Part shown: positions 35,569 to 46,707 of the stretch, piece after piece | Numbering within the stretch: position 1 is the first letter of the stretch | Layout of the letters: the number at the start of each line of letters is the position of its first letter | Source: Candidatus Omnitrophota bacterium | GTDB lineage: Bacteria > Omnitrophota > Gorgyraeia > VGKN01 | DNA: 59,383 nucleotides | Direction of reading: 5' to 3' | Assembly (NCBI GenBank): GCA_043800345.1 | Contig: JAZDNB010000015.1 | Coordinates: 1 to 59,383, forward strand | Made by a program: the position numbers and the translations under genes | The notes under the pieces: model-generated | Databases searched by the model: none | The model's input: only the letters and a program-made list of their open reading frames with translations | Told to the model about the DNA's origin: nothing

Positions 35569-36273
35569 TTAGCTAAACACCCTCCTTGACACCTCCCGAT
35601 ATGCCTCTTCCACGTTTCCAAGGTCCCGTCTAAACCTGTCCTTATCAAGTTTTTCCTGGGTGGTTTTGTCCCACAACCTGCAGGTGTCCGGCGATATCTC
35701 ATCGGCAAGCAAAATCTTTCCCTTGCACCTTCCGAACTCGAGTTTGAAATCTACGAGTATCAGGTTTTTTTCATCAAAGAAGCGTTTCAGTATCTCGTTT
35801 ATGGTAAATGATGACGCGCGTATCTCTTCGAGTTCACCATCCGTCGCGATGTCAAGCGCACGTATGTGATAGTCGTTGATGAGGGGGTCATGCAGTTTGT
35901 CCTCTTTAAAATGATATTCCAGGACGGGCTCTTTGAGCCTTATACCTTCTTCCAGGCCCAGGAGTTTGCTCATGCCTCCCGCGACGATGTTTCTGATAGT
36001 AACCTCGATAGGTATGATCTTTACTCTCCGTATCAGCATTTCCCTGTCGCTTAAGAGTTTTACAAAATGCGTGGGAATACCTTTTTTCTCCAAAAGCTCA
36101 AAGAGTTTTGCCGATATCTTGTTATTGATCACACCCTTTCCGCCGATAGTGCCGCGTTTTGTCGCATCAAACGCGGTCGCATCGTCTTTAAATTCCTGGA
36201 TTACCAAATCGGGGTCATCCGTTTCAAAAACCTTTTTTGCCTTTCCTTCATAAATTTGTTTTAGTTTTTCCAT
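35569..36273 (-). CDS. purC: SAICAR synthase
   Basis: 234 aa. YEGKAK.V...D and LADEISPD.CRLWD motifs. Confidence 0.95.
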   Translation of the reverse strand: MEKLKQIYEGKAKKVFETDDPDLVIQEFKDDATAFDATKRGTIGGKGVINNKISAKLFELLEKKGIPTHFVKLLSDREMLIRRVKIIPIEVTIRNIVAGGMSKLLGLEEGIRLKEPVLEYHFKEDKLHDPLINDYHIRALDIATDGELEEIRASSFTINEILKRFFDEKNLILVDFKLEFGRCKGKILLADEISPDTCRLWDKTTQEKLDKDRFRRDLGNVEEAYREVSRRVFS

Positions 36274-36274
36274 T

Positions 36275-37567
36275 TTATATGCCCACCCTCCTGTATATTT
36301 TGTCTACAAACCTCATATGATACTCAAGCGAAAAACATTCGTTCAGTTCTTTTTGTGTCAGAACCTTGGTTATCCTTTCATCCTGCTTGAGAATCATTTT
36401 AAAATCCATATTTTCCTTAAACGATTTCATTGCGGCATCCTGGACAATTTCATACGCCTCTTTCCGGCTTGCGCCTTTTCCTATTAATGTTAAAAGCACG
36501 TGCTGGGAAAATACCCTGCCGTTTGAAAGCCCCATATTCCTTTTCATGTGTTCCGGATATACCAGTAGATTTTCCACAATCTTAAGCGCCTCGTTCAGCA
36601 TAAAATCGGCAACGATGCAGCTGTCGGGAATAATCACCCGCTCAACGGAGGAATGGCTTATATCCCTTTCGTGCCACAGGGCGACGGATTCGGTTGCGGC
36701 GATGCTGTTGGCACGCAAAAGCCGCGCGAGCCCGCAGAGCCTTTCGGAATTTACCGGATTCCTTTTATGCGGCATGGCGGATGAACCTTTCTGGCCCTTT
36801 GAGAAAAATTCTTCTGCCTCGTTTACCTCCGTGCGCTGGAGGTGCCTTATTTCCGTAGCAAACCGTTCAAGGGTAGCGCCGATGAGCGCCAGCGTCGAGA
36901 GAAACTGCGCATGTTTGTCGCGCGGTATAACCTGGGTTGAAATGGTGCTCGGTTTTAACTCAAGCTTCCTGCACACATATTCTTCCACAAAAGGCGCAAT
37001 GTTCGCGTAGGTGCCCACAGCGCCCGATATCTTCCCGCAGGATATGACCTCCTTGGCTTCAAGTGCCCGCTTTAGGTTTCTTTTTGTCTCATCATAAAAA
37101 AGCGCGAGCTTTAACCCGAAGGTAATCGGCTCGGCATGTATGCCGTGCGTCCTTCCTATCATCGGGGTATATTTATATTTCTTTGCCTTCTTTGAAACAA
37201 CCGCCAAAAGTTTTTTTAAATCTTCTATAATGATATCCGCGGATTCGCGCATCTGGCAGGCAAGGGTAGTGTCAAGGATATCGTTTGAGGTAAGCCCCAG
37301 ATGAAGGAACCGCGAGGCGGGCCCGATATATTCGGAGATATTTTCCACAAATGCCACCACGTCATGTTTCGTCCTCTCTTCAATTTGATTTATCCTGTCA
37401 ATATTAAAACGCGCTTTTTTCTTGATGACGAGAAGTGCGTTTTTCGGAACCTTGCCTAACGCAGCGAGCGCCTCGGCGCTGAGCACCTCAACTTCCAGCA
37501 TTTTCTTAAATTTATTCTCATCGCTCCATATAGATTTCATTTTAGGAAGACTGTAGCGCTCTATCAT
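36275..37567 (-). CDS. purB: Adenylosuccinate lyase
   Basis: MIERYSLPKM start and GSSAMPHKRNP signature. ATG at 37567 with AGGAG 6 nt upstream (the track starts at the TTG at 37573). Confidence 0.95.
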   Translation of the reverse strand: MIERYSLPKMKSIWSDENKFKKMLEVEVLSAEALAALGKVPKNALLVIKKKARFNIDRINQIEERTKHDVVAFVENISEYIGPASRFLHLGLTSNDILDTTLACQMRESADIIIEDLKKLLAVVSKKAKKYKYTPMIGRTHGIHAEPITFGLKLALFYDETKRNLKRALEAKEVISCGKISGAVGTYANIAPFVEEYVCRKLELKPSTISTQVIPRDKHAQFLSTLALIGATLERFATEIRHLQRTEVNEAEEFFSKGQKGSSAMPHKRNPVNSERLCGLARLLRANSIAATESVALWHERDISHSSVERVIIPDSCIVADFMLNEALKIVENLLVYPEHMKRNMGLSNGRVFSQHVLLTLIGKGASRKEAYEIVQDAAMKSFKENMDFKMILKQDERITKVLTQKELNECFSLEYHMRFVDKIYRRVGI

Positions 37568-37569
37568 GG

Positions 37570-38634
37570 TCAACTCCTATCGTTTAGGCCTGCCATTACA
37601 TAGGACTCTATCAAGTGTTTATATACGGTATCCGCATCTTCTTTCTGGATGAAACCGCCTTGCTTGATTGCATCCTCAAAATTCCGTGTTGCTTCGGTAA
37701 AATTACCTGTCTTTAAGTGTACCATGCCAAGGGTATCCATGTACCAACATTTTTTATCGGGTCCAAGCTCAAGCGCTTTTAAAGCATACACACGAGCCTC
37801 CTCGTAAGAAAGTTCTCCCTCGGCTAACGCATATGCTAAATTATTGTAACAATCCGCAAACTCGGGCGATAGCTCTATCGCCTTCTTATAATACGCTATT
37901 GCGCAGGCAAACTCTCTTTCTTTCAGGTAGGCGTTTGCAAGATTAAAATAATAGACGGTGCGGGAACCTTTAAGCGCAATCGCCTTATGATAATTGTCCC
38001 TGGCCTGTACCGGGTTACCTTTTTCTTCAAAAAGAATCCCAAGCCTGTTATAGTCATCCGCTTCTTTAATCCAATCAACTTTTTCAGGAGGTGCAATCAC
38101 AAGCATCCAGTTATTGCAATGCTTCCAGTTTTTAGCAAAAACATTCATAGGCAGTATCGCGTTACTTTTAAAACCATCATGCGCTATTATAAAATTCTCT
38201 GCCTTGTTTATACCGATAAGCACCATGTAATGATAATCGGATAATAAACCGCCTCTTTTCTGGAGCACCACTACCGGAATGCCTTTTTGTATATACCATG
38301 CAATATCTTCCGCCGTGCCACAGTAACTTTTAGTAAAAAATCCTTCCTCCCGGCAAAAGGCATCCATTTCAAAATTAAACGTGCCTTTTGTCTTCCCGAA
38401 ATAAACACGCTTACCTATTTCTTCCTGAGATATATCATTACCCCAAAACTTAAGTACACTCTCCAGGCTTGCCGGGCCGCAGTAAAAATAATTCTGCCTT
38501 ACAAACGGAACATTGTGAACATAAAAGGTGCCTTCGCTATCGCGGAAAGGATTTTTTTTTACAGCGCTCACATGCAGGCTTGTACAGCCGGCCAGACCAA
38601 ACACGAGGAGGGTTATAGCAACGTACCTAACCAA
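37570..38634 (-). CDS. Lipoprotein with a C39-like (papain-fold) cysteine peptidase domain plus TPR repeats
   Basis: 354 aa. LAGC lipobox, Q..YCGPASLESVL catalytic-Cys context, downstream H (IIAHDG) and a C-terminal TPR array. TTG start with AGGTG upstream. Confidence 0.65.
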   Translation of the reverse strand: MVRYVAITLLVFGLAGCTSLHVSAVKKNPFRDSEGTFYVHNVPFVRQNYFYCGPASLESVLKFWGNDISQEEIGKRVYFGKTKGTFNFEMDAFCREEGFFTKSYCGTAEDIAWYIQKGIPVVVLQKRGGLLSDYHYMVLIGINKAENFIIAHDGFKSNAILPMNVFAKNWKHCNNWMLVIAPPEKVDWIKEADDYNRLGILFEEKGNPVQARDNYHKAIALKGSRTVYYFNLANAYLKEREFACAIAYYKKAIELSPEFADCYNNLAYALAEGELSYEEARVYALKALELGPDKKCWYMDTLGMVHLKTGNFTEATRNFEDAIKQGGFIQKEDADTVYKHLIESYVMAGLNDRS

Positions 38635-38669
38635 ACTAGCACCTATTTCACCGGACAGATATACTTGCT

Positions 38670-39077
38670 TTATTTATGTTTTTTTGGCTCTACTTTTACG
38701 GAATAATCGGTAAGATATAAAATTGCTACGATTAAAAGCACTACGAATACGACGGCGACAATAACACCGCCTGCGCTTCCTCCTGCATTGACGAAGGTTG
38801 CATTTCGGGCGAACTCCTTTAACTGGCTGTCAGAAAGCCTCTCAAGCCTCAAACGTAAATCGGCCTCGTTAACCTTAAAACTCAAAAGCCTCTTTTGTGC
38901 CGCATCGTGTTTGAATACGCTCAAAATCTTTTCTATGTCCTGGAGGCGCGTCTCATACAAAGCTTCCTTTGATTTCACGGGGATAGCGCACGCATCGTGC
39001 GGGTAAACGCTGACGGCAAACAGTGCAATTATCACGACCACATACACCGGTTTAATCTTAAAGATTGTTTTTAACAT
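38670..39077 (-). CDS. Small secreted/membrane-anchored protein (PA2779-family-like)
   Basis: 135 aa. Signal peptide, LSDSQLKEFA....NAGGSAGG, then a C-terminal TM (VIVAVVFVVLLIVAILYLTD). ATG at 39077 with AGGAGG 5 nt upstream. Confidence 0.55.
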   Translation of the reverse strand: MLKTIFKIKPVYVVVIIALFAVSVYPHDACAIPVKSKEALYETRLQDIEKILSVFKHDAAQKRLLSFKVNEADLRLRLERLSDSQLKEFARNATFVNAGGSAGGVIVAVVFVVLLIVAILYLTDYSVKVEPKKHK

Positions 39078-39086
39078 ACCCACCTC

Positions 39087-39713
39087 CTATCTCTTTTCTC
39101 GTATTATAAATCCTGACACGCCTACGTATATATTAAAGTCTTTGTCAATCTCGCATCCGGTATATGCCGCATTGCCATATGTTGCATCCACAAACGGAAG
39201 CATCCGTAAAACCTTCCTCAAAAAAACCGACATCAGAACTTCATCGCCCAGGCTATAGGCGCTGCCATTTTCCTCTACCGTAGCGCCGCTTGAAGGATAC
39301 CTTCCCGAAAGCCTCGTTATGCGGTAATAGGTACGCGCACCGATGAGGGTAAGATACGGTTTCCATTTCACTATATCGCCTGAAAGCATCCACTCTTTTC
39401 CCTTCATAGGAAAAATAATCGCGGGGTTTTCTTTTCCCTTTATCACGGGCGTATAGACAAGTCCAAAATCATAGCCTGCGGCTTGAGTCCTTTCGCAGCA
39501 CACCCTCGCCACCAACTCTTCTTTGTTAAATTCATGAAAAGATTTGTAGAATGCACCTGCAAAAAATGCGGCTATACCGCATAACGCAACGAGCGCCCAT
39601 ACAAGCAAGGCAAACAGCTTAAACCTTTTTATCGCCCCTATGAAGAGAACAATACCTATTATAAAAGAGCAAATGCCAAGCAATAGTATATTGTTGGCAT
39701 TGATACACATCAT
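39087..39713 (-). CDS. Membrane protein (2 N-terminal TM helices + soluble domain), unknown function
   Basis: The track ORF extends to 39758 but would overlap tRNA-Met. The ATG at 39713 gives MMCINANNILLLGICSFIIG.... Confidence 0.6.
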   Translation of the reverse strand: MMCINANNILLLGICSFIIGIVLFIGAIKRFKLFALLVWALVALCGIAAFFAGAFYKSFHEFNKEELVARVCCERTQAAGYDFGLVYTPVIKGKENPAIIFPMKGKEWMLSGDIVKWKPYLTLIGARTYYRITRLSGRYPSSGATVEENGSAYSLGDEVLMSVFLRKVLRMLPFVDATYGNAAYTGCEIDKDFNIYVGVSGFIIREKR

Positions 39714-39722
39714 AACGAAATT

Positions 39723-39799
39723 TGGTAGCGGGGCTCGGATTTGAACCGAGGACCTCAAGGTTATGAGCCTTGCGAGCTACCGGGCTGCTCCACCCCGCG
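39723..39799 (-). tRNA. tRNA-Met (anticodon CAT), initiator-like, CCA encoded
   Basis: cgcggggtggagcagcccggtagctcg...ggctCATaacc...ggttcaaatcc...ccccgctacca. C1:U72 mismatch as in initiator tRNA, but only 2 G-C pairs at the base of the anticodon stem. Confidence 0.85.
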
Positions 39800-39808
39800 G
39801 CAAGTGAT

Positions 39809-40210
39809 TTATTTTTTATCTATCTTTGATTCCGTCCGGTGTTTAAGATCAGTCTGCAGAGATTCTGACTTTTTCAAAAACCTCTTTAATTTTTCTTCAA
39901 ACGCCTGATTTCTAAACTGGTTTTGGTTTTGTCTCGGCCCTACAACACTAACCGGGACTTCTTTTTTAAGGCTCAGGTCTATCCTTCCTTCGCCGTTTAT
40001 CGCTACGATCCGCGCCTTTACTTTATCGCCTATCTTGAGGTGGTCATTTATGTCTTTTACAAACCCCTCTCTTATCTGCGAAATATGAATGAGCCCGATC
40101 TTGTTAAAAGGTAATTTTGCAAATGCGCCGAAATTGGTTATTTTCGTTATTTCTATATCGACTGTGTCGCCTGTTTTAAATCCTGCTTGAGCCTGTGGCG
40201 TATCTTCCAT
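39809..40210 (-). CDS. S1 RNA-binding domain protein (YabR/YugI-like)
   Basis: 133 aa. G..V...I..I..FGAF..L......GL.HISQI S1 motif. Sits after divIC/ftsB as yabR does in Bacillus. Confidence 0.8.
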   Translation of the reverse strand: MEDTPQAQAGFKTGDTVDIEITKITNFGAFAKLPFNKIGLIHISQIREGFVKDINDHLKIGDKVKARIVAINGEGRIDLSLKKEVPVSVVGPRQNQNQFRNQAFEEKLKRFLKKSESLQTDLKHRTESKIDKK

Positions 40211-40227
40211 AACTGCCAGAGTTAAAG

Positions 40228-41789
<1,562 letters not shown>

Positions 41790-41820
41790 TCACTATATAA
41801 GAACTGCTCTTTAAAGTCAA

Positions 41821-43221
41821 CTAAAAATTGATAACCCGTTTAGCTTCATTAAGTAACAATGTTAACGCTTTTTTACAACTGCTCTCGGCATATAAGCGCA
41901 CCATAGGTTCTGTGCCGGAGGGCCGTATCAAAAGCCAGCTTGAGTCTGTAAAATTGAACTTAAAACCGTCTAAGGTATGCACGCCCGCGACCTTGAGGCC
42001 TGCCATGTGCGTGGGGCTAAATGTTTTAAGCCTGCTGAGTAATTTTTCTCTTGAGCCAACGCTTACATCCATACGGTCGGAGTATATCGTTCCGTACGTT
42101 TTTGTAATATCTTTCAGTATGCCCTTTACGCTTTTTTTCTTCATAAGACATGCCTCAAGTACTAAGAGACAGGCGAGTATCCCGTCTTTTTCCGGGACAT
42201 GGCCTGCTATAGAAAGTCCGCCTGATTCTTCTGCGCCCATGAGGCAATCGCCGCTTATGAGTTCTTCGGCAATATATTTAAAACCGACGGGTGTTTCAAC
42301 CGTCCTCATGTTGTGGGCGGTTGCTATTTTATCCACCATAGACGTCGTTGCGAGTGTGCGCGCGACGGTAGCATATTTCTTTCTCGTGGTAATCAGATAT
42401 TCGAGGACAACGCAGATTACCTCGTTTGCCGTTATGAAGGTGCCGTCTCTGTCGATTATTCCGAACCTATCGCCGTCCGGGTCGGTTGCAAGGCCTATAT
42501 CCAGTTTTTCTGATTTCACAAGCCTGGAAAGCTCTGCAAGCTGCTTGCCTGCGGGGGTCGGAGCAATCCCGCCAAAGCTTGGATTTATACCTTCATGAAG
42601 TTTGCAGAGTTTTACTCCGAGACTTTTTAAAATCACATCGAGATATCCGCGCGACGTCCCGTATAAAAAATCTATGCCTACTCTTGCTTTTGATTTCCTT
42701 ATCAGATCCGCATTAAGGAGCTTTTTTAGATGCGCTAAATACCGGGGCTGCGGGTCAAATTCCTCATAGACACCTTTTAGTCCTTCATCCTTAAAATGCC
42801 ATTTTTTCTTCCTGAGCGTTTCGATACGCTTCTCAAGAAACGAAGTAATCTCTTTACCTGCGGGGCTGCCTGAGGATGGAGAAAACTTTATTCCGTTATA
42901 TGCGGAAGGGTTATGGCTTGCGGTTATATTTATGGCACCGGAGGCTTTTTTGTCTAGTATATGAAAAGAGATTACGGGTGTCGGCGTATCGCGGTCCGTA
43001 AGTAAAGGCATAATACCGCTACCCAATAATACACTAGAGCAGGCGCGGGCAAACTCTTTCGAAAGAAACCTTGTATCGTAGCCGACTATTACTTCTTTTT
43101 TTCTGCCGTTGAGAGCGTTTACGTAATCGGCTATCGCCTGAGCAACTAACCTTACGTTATCAAACGTAAAATCATCGCTTATTATGCCGCGCCATCCGCT
43201 GGTCCCGAATTTAATGTCCAT
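41821..43221 (-). CDS. Phosphoglucomutase/phosphomannomutase family protein
   Basis: 466 aa. TASHNP phosphoserine loop and D.DGDR metal site (TDPDGDRFG). Confidence 0.9.
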   Translation of the reverse strand: MDIKFGTSGWRGIISDDFTFDNVRLVAQAIADYVNALNGRKKEVIVGYDTRFLSKEFARACSSVLLGSGIMPLLTDRDTPTPVISFHILDKKASGAINITASHNPSAYNGIKFSPSSGSPAGKEITSFLEKRIETLRKKKWHFKDEGLKGVYEEFDPQPRYLAHLKKLLNADLIRKSKARVGIDFLYGTSRGYLDVILKSLGVKLCKLHEGINPSFGGIAPTPAGKQLAELSRLVKSEKLDIGLATDPDGDRFGIIDRDGTFITANEVICVVLEYLITTRKKYATVARTLATTSMVDKIATAHNMRTVETPVGFKYIAEELISGDCLMGAEESGGLSIAGHVPEKDGILACLLVLEACLMKKKSVKGILKDITKTYGTIYSDRMDVSVGSREKLLSRLKTFSPTHMAGLKVAGVHTLDGFKFNFTDSSWLLIRPSGTEPMVRLYAESSCKKALTLLLNEAKRVINF

Positions 43222-43841
43222 TATTTTTTGATCGTTACTTTTCTTCCCGCTATCTTCAATCTATTTTCCACTAATAATTTTATGGCCTTAGGGTATATGC
43301 GGTGTTCTTTTTCGTGTATCTTACGCGCAAGCGTTTCTTCCGTATCATGGTCTTCGACCCTCACTGTTTCCTGAAGGATTATCGGGCCCGTATCGACCCC
43401 CTCATCTACGAAATGCACAGTAGAACCTGTTACTTTCACGCCGTAGCAAAAGGCATCTTTTATGCCCTCGGTCCCTTTAAACGACGGAAGGAGCGCGGGA
43501 TGTATATTCACTATCCTGTTTTTATACCTCCTTACAAAACCGTCGCTTAAAACCTTCATAAAACCTGCGAGCACGATTACATCGATATTGTATTGTTTAA
43601 GATATTTCAAAATCTCGCTTTCAAATTCAACTTTCGATGAAAATTTTTTCCTGTCGATGAAGCGGGTATCTATGTGCGCCTTTTTTGCCCGTACCAGGGC
43701 ATACGCATCTTTTCTGTCGCTTATTACAAGGCGCAGACGCGCCCTGATATAACCTCTTTTTACGCTCTCTATAATAGCCTGGAGATTCGTCCCCTTGCCC
43801 GAACAGAATACGGCTATATAAGCTAACCTTTTATTTTTCAT
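43221..43841 (-). CDS. purN: Phosphoribosylglycinamide formyltransferase
   Basis: FCSGKGTNL and NIHPALLPSF.G motifs. ATG at 43841 (the track starts at the TTG at 43847). Overlaps the trxA 3' end by 11 nt. Confidence 0.92.
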   Translation of the reverse strand: MKNKRLAYIAVFCSGKGTNLQAIIESVKRGYIRARLRLVISDRKDAYALVRAKKAHIDTRFIDRKKFSSKVEFESEILKYLKQYNIDVIVLAGFMKVLSDGFVRRYKNRIVNIHPALLPSFKGTEGIKDAFCYGVKVTGSTVHFVDEGVDTGPIILQETVRVEDHDTEETLARKIHEKEHRIYPKAIKLLVENRLKIAGRKVTIKK

Positions 43842-44166
43842 GCTCAAGCTCTTCTATCTTTTTTACCAGCTCTTTTTTTGAGACGGCGCCGACAAGCCTT
43901 GTATACTCCTTATTGTTCTTAAAAAATATGACTGTAGGGATATTCATCACGCCAAATCTTGTGGGGATTTCCGGATTGGAATCAACGTCAAGTTTTCCTA
44001 CCCGCACCTTACCGGAATACTCTTTTGCCGTTTCATCTATTATAGAGGAAAACATCTTACAGGGGCCGCACCACTCTGCCCAAAAATCAACGATGAGCGG
44101 GGTATTTGAACTACTAAGTTCCTTATCAAAATTTTCATCCGTAAGCTGCAGTATATGTGGATTCAT
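43831..44166 (-). CDS. trxA: Thioredoxin
   Basis: 111 aa. FWAEWCGPCK active site. Confidence 0.95.
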   Translation of the reverse strand: MNPHILQLTDENFDKELSSSNTPLIVDFWAEWCGPCKMFSSIIDETAKEYSGKVRVGKLDVDSNPEIPTRFGVMNIPTVIFFKNNKEYTRLVGAVSKKELVKKIEELEHEK

Positions 44167-44182
44167 TCTATGCCCTCTCCTT

Positions 44183-44974
44183 TTATTTTTTTGCAGTTAT
44201 ACATTTAGTCGGACAAACCGCTACGCACGCCAAGCAGTTCGTGCATTTTAAAAAATCGATTACCGCTAAATTATTAGTAACGTGTATTGCGTCAAATTTG
44301 CACGCCTTCTCGCACTGTTTGCATCCGATACAGCCGGCTTTACATGCCTTCATCACCACGGGACCTTTATCCCGGGAAAAACACGCAACCGATACTGTGC
44401 TCTTAAGCGGCATAAGTATGATGATATGCTTGGGGCATTCCTTCACGCAGTAACCGCATGAAGTGCACTTCTGGTCATTTACTATAGGGAGCTCTTCGGG
44501 CCCCATTGCCAAGGCATCAAAAGGGCAGACCTTTACGCAATCGCCAAAACCAAGGCATGCGTATGGGCACAATTTTTGTCCGCCGTGCAACATATTCGCT
44601 GCCGTACAAGTTTTAACCCCTTGATATATATATTGTTCGGCTGCTTTTTTTCCTCCTCCGCAGAGCACAGTCGCTACCTGTTTCGTCTTTGTTTCAACTT
44701 CAACACCCAAGAGGGCAGCGATATCTTTATGGGCTTTTTCTCCTCCGGGCGCGCAGGCGGTCGGTTTGGCTTTCCCCTGTGAAATCGCCTCGGCAAGCGC
44801 AAAACACCCTGCGCTCCCGCAGGCACCGCAGTTTGAGCCGGGCAGATAACTTAAGATCTCTTTTATCTTCGGGTCAACCTGCATGGAAAAAATCTTTATG
44901 GCATAGGCAAGCCCTATGCCGAAGAGAAACCCAAGGATGGAAAGCGTAAGTACCGAAAATATAAGCGTCTGCAT
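44183..44974 (-). CDS. rnfB: Rnf electron transport complex subunit B
   Basis: 263 aa. N-terminal TM, CGACG...C cluster and several 4Fe-4S ferredoxin CxxCxxCxxxCP motifs. Confidence 0.9.
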   Translation of the reverse strand: MQTLIFSVLTLSILGFLFGIGLAYAIKIFSMQVDPKIKEILSYLPGSNCGACGSAGCFALAEAISQGKAKPTACAPGGEKAHKDIAALLGVEVETKTKQVATVLCGGGKKAAEQYIYQGVKTCTAANMLHGGQKLCPYACLGFGDCVKVCPFDALAMGPEELPIVNDQKCTSCGYCVKECPKHIIILMPLKSTVSVACFSRDKGPVVMKACKAGCIGCKQCEKACKFDAIHVTNNLAVIDFLKCTNCLACVAVCPTKCITAKK

Positions 44975-45582
44975 TACAGTGTAAACCCGCTGAATCCTAA
45001 AAATGCCATAGACATTAATGCGGCTATTATAAATGTTATCGGAATGCCTTTTAGGGATTCCGGGACATTTATTAAATCAAGCCTCTCGCGTATTCCGGAC
45101 ATGAGAAACATTGCAAGCATATACCCCACACCGGCACTGAAGCCCTGTATAAGGGAAGAAATAAAACTGTAGGGTAACACTTTGCCGTTTGAAAAAAATA
45201 TATCACTGTTTAATACCGCAACGCCCAAGACTGCGCAATTTACCGTGATAAGGGGCAGATATATGCCAAAAGCTCTAAATAAAAACGGGCTCGTCTTTTG
45301 AATTACTATCTCAACAAACTGAACAAAGGATGCAATAACTAAAATAAATGAGATAGTCCTGAGATACGTCAGGTTATAAGGTAACAGTATATAATTATAT
45401 ATAAGCCAGGAGATAATGGACGCCATGGTGGTAACAAACGTTACCGCAAGGCCCATACTCAGCGCAGGTTTTGTTTCTTTAGACACTCCTATGAATGAAC
45501 AGAGCCCGAGGAATTTCGAAAGTATAAAATTATTAATCAGGACAGCGCTTATGACAATCATTATAAATTTTGAAACGTCCAT
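44974..45582 (-). CDS. rnfA: Rnf complex subunit A
   Basis: 202 aa polytopic membrane protein. NNF.L.KFLG.C start. Confidence 0.9.
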   Translation of the reverse strand: MDVSKFIMIVISAVLINNFILSKFLGLCSFIGVSKETKPALSMGLAVTFVTTMASIISWLIYNYILLPYNLTYLRTISFILVIASFVQFVEIVIQKTSPFLFRAFGIYLPLITVNCAVLGVAVLNSDIFFSNGKVLPYSFISSLIQGFSAGVGYMLAMFLMSGIRERLDLINVPESLKGIPITFIIAALMSMAFLGFSGFTL

Positions 45583-45583
45583 A

Positions 45584-46183
45584 CTATCCTCTTGCTTTCC
45601 TTAGCTGAATATAATTCGTAAGGCCTATCAAAAGCCCTATGGTTAATAGCGCCCCCGGTGCCAATATAAATGCCGTGGCAGGTTGGAATTGTTTAAAAAG
45701 CTGAAAACCAAGTACGGTGCCTGAACCAAGAAATTCTCTGATAGCCGATATCAGCACAAGCGCCAGGGTAAAACCAACGCCCATGCCGAGCGCATCAAAC
45801 ACGGAATTTATAACTTTGTTGCTTTGGGCAAACGCCTCTGCCCTCCCGAGTACAATACAATTTACTACAATCAAGGGTACAAATATGCCCAGGGCCCTGC
45901 TTAACGCCGGTGTATAAGCCTTCATAATAAGCTCGGTTATCGTAACAAACGTCGCAATAACTACGATAAAACACGGGATCCTTATCTTGTCCGGTATAAA
46001 GTTTCTTAACATCGAGATGATAATATTAGAACCAAGCAGTACAAACGTTGCGGCAATACCCATACCTATACCATTTAATACGGTAACGGATACGGCTAAG
46101 GTGGGACACAGTCCAAGCACGAGTTTAAACGTGGGATTTTCTATTGTAATACCTTTTGTAAATTCCCTGATGAGCTCTTTCAT
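45584..46183 (-). CDS. rnfE: Rnf complex subunit E
   Basis: 199 aa. ENP....LGLCP.LAV and VVNCI.LGRAEAFA motifs. Confidence 0.9.
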   Translation of the reverse strand: MKELIREFTKGITIENPTFKLVLGLCPTLAVSVTVLNGIGMGIAATFVLLGSNIIISMLRNFIPDKIRIPCFIVVIATFVTITELIMKAYTPALSRALGIFVPLIVVNCIVLGRAEAFAQSNKVINSVFDALGMGVGFTLALVLISAIREFLGSGTVLGFQLFKQFQPATAFILAPGALLTIGLLIGLTNYIQLRKARG

Positions 46184-46707
46184 TGTTTTGACTTTAAAAA
46201 TTCCTCTGCCTTATCTCTTACCGTATCAAGGACCGCTTTACTTGAGATAGTCGCACCCGTAATTGCTTCTAGGCTGTTAAAATTCAGTTCGTTTATTTTT
46301 TTACCTCTGAATTGCTCCAGAAACCACGGCTTTTTCTCGCCGGATTTCACCTCGGAAATCCTTGCTCCAAGACCGGGAGTTTCGGCATGCTCTAATACAC
46401 AAACGCCTTTTATGGTACCGCTCCTGTCAACGCCCGCCAGCATTTTTATATCGCCGGTGTACCCTTTCGCGGTTACCCTTATGACATAGCCAATTACCTT
46501 CTTTTTGTCAATACCCTCAAAATATGAGCCATCATTTTCCGTTATCTCTTTAAACTCCCCGGCATCGGGAAGAGCTTCTTTTAAGAGCACAAGTTCCTCC
46601 CGAGAGCGCTGTGCTGCAATAACCGGTTGCGTCAATTGATATACGAGCGCAAGCACAAGCGAGGCTACAAAACATATGACCATCAAAATAATGCCGAATC
46701 TGATCAT
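46180..46707 (-). CDS. rnfG: Rnf complex subunit G (FMN-binding)
   Basis: 175 aa. N-terminal TM, ETPGLG and ITGATISS FMN-attachment motifs. Confidence 0.9.
   Translation of the reverse strand: MIRFGIILMVICFVASLVLALVYQLTQPVIAAQRSREELVLLKEALPDAGEFKEITENDGSYFEGIDKKKVIGYVIRVTAKGYTGDIKMLAGVDRSGTIKGVCVLEHAETPGLGARISEVKSGEKKPWFLEQFRGKKINELNFNSLEAITGATISSKAVLDTVRDKAEEFLKSKQ

Noticed and set aside
39714-39758. N-terminal extension of the membrane protein ORF (MRSSVQIRAPLPNFV...)
   Set aside because: It would overlap the tRNA-Met gene (39723-39799) on the same strand. The internal ATG at 39713 gives a sensible TM-containing N-terminus.
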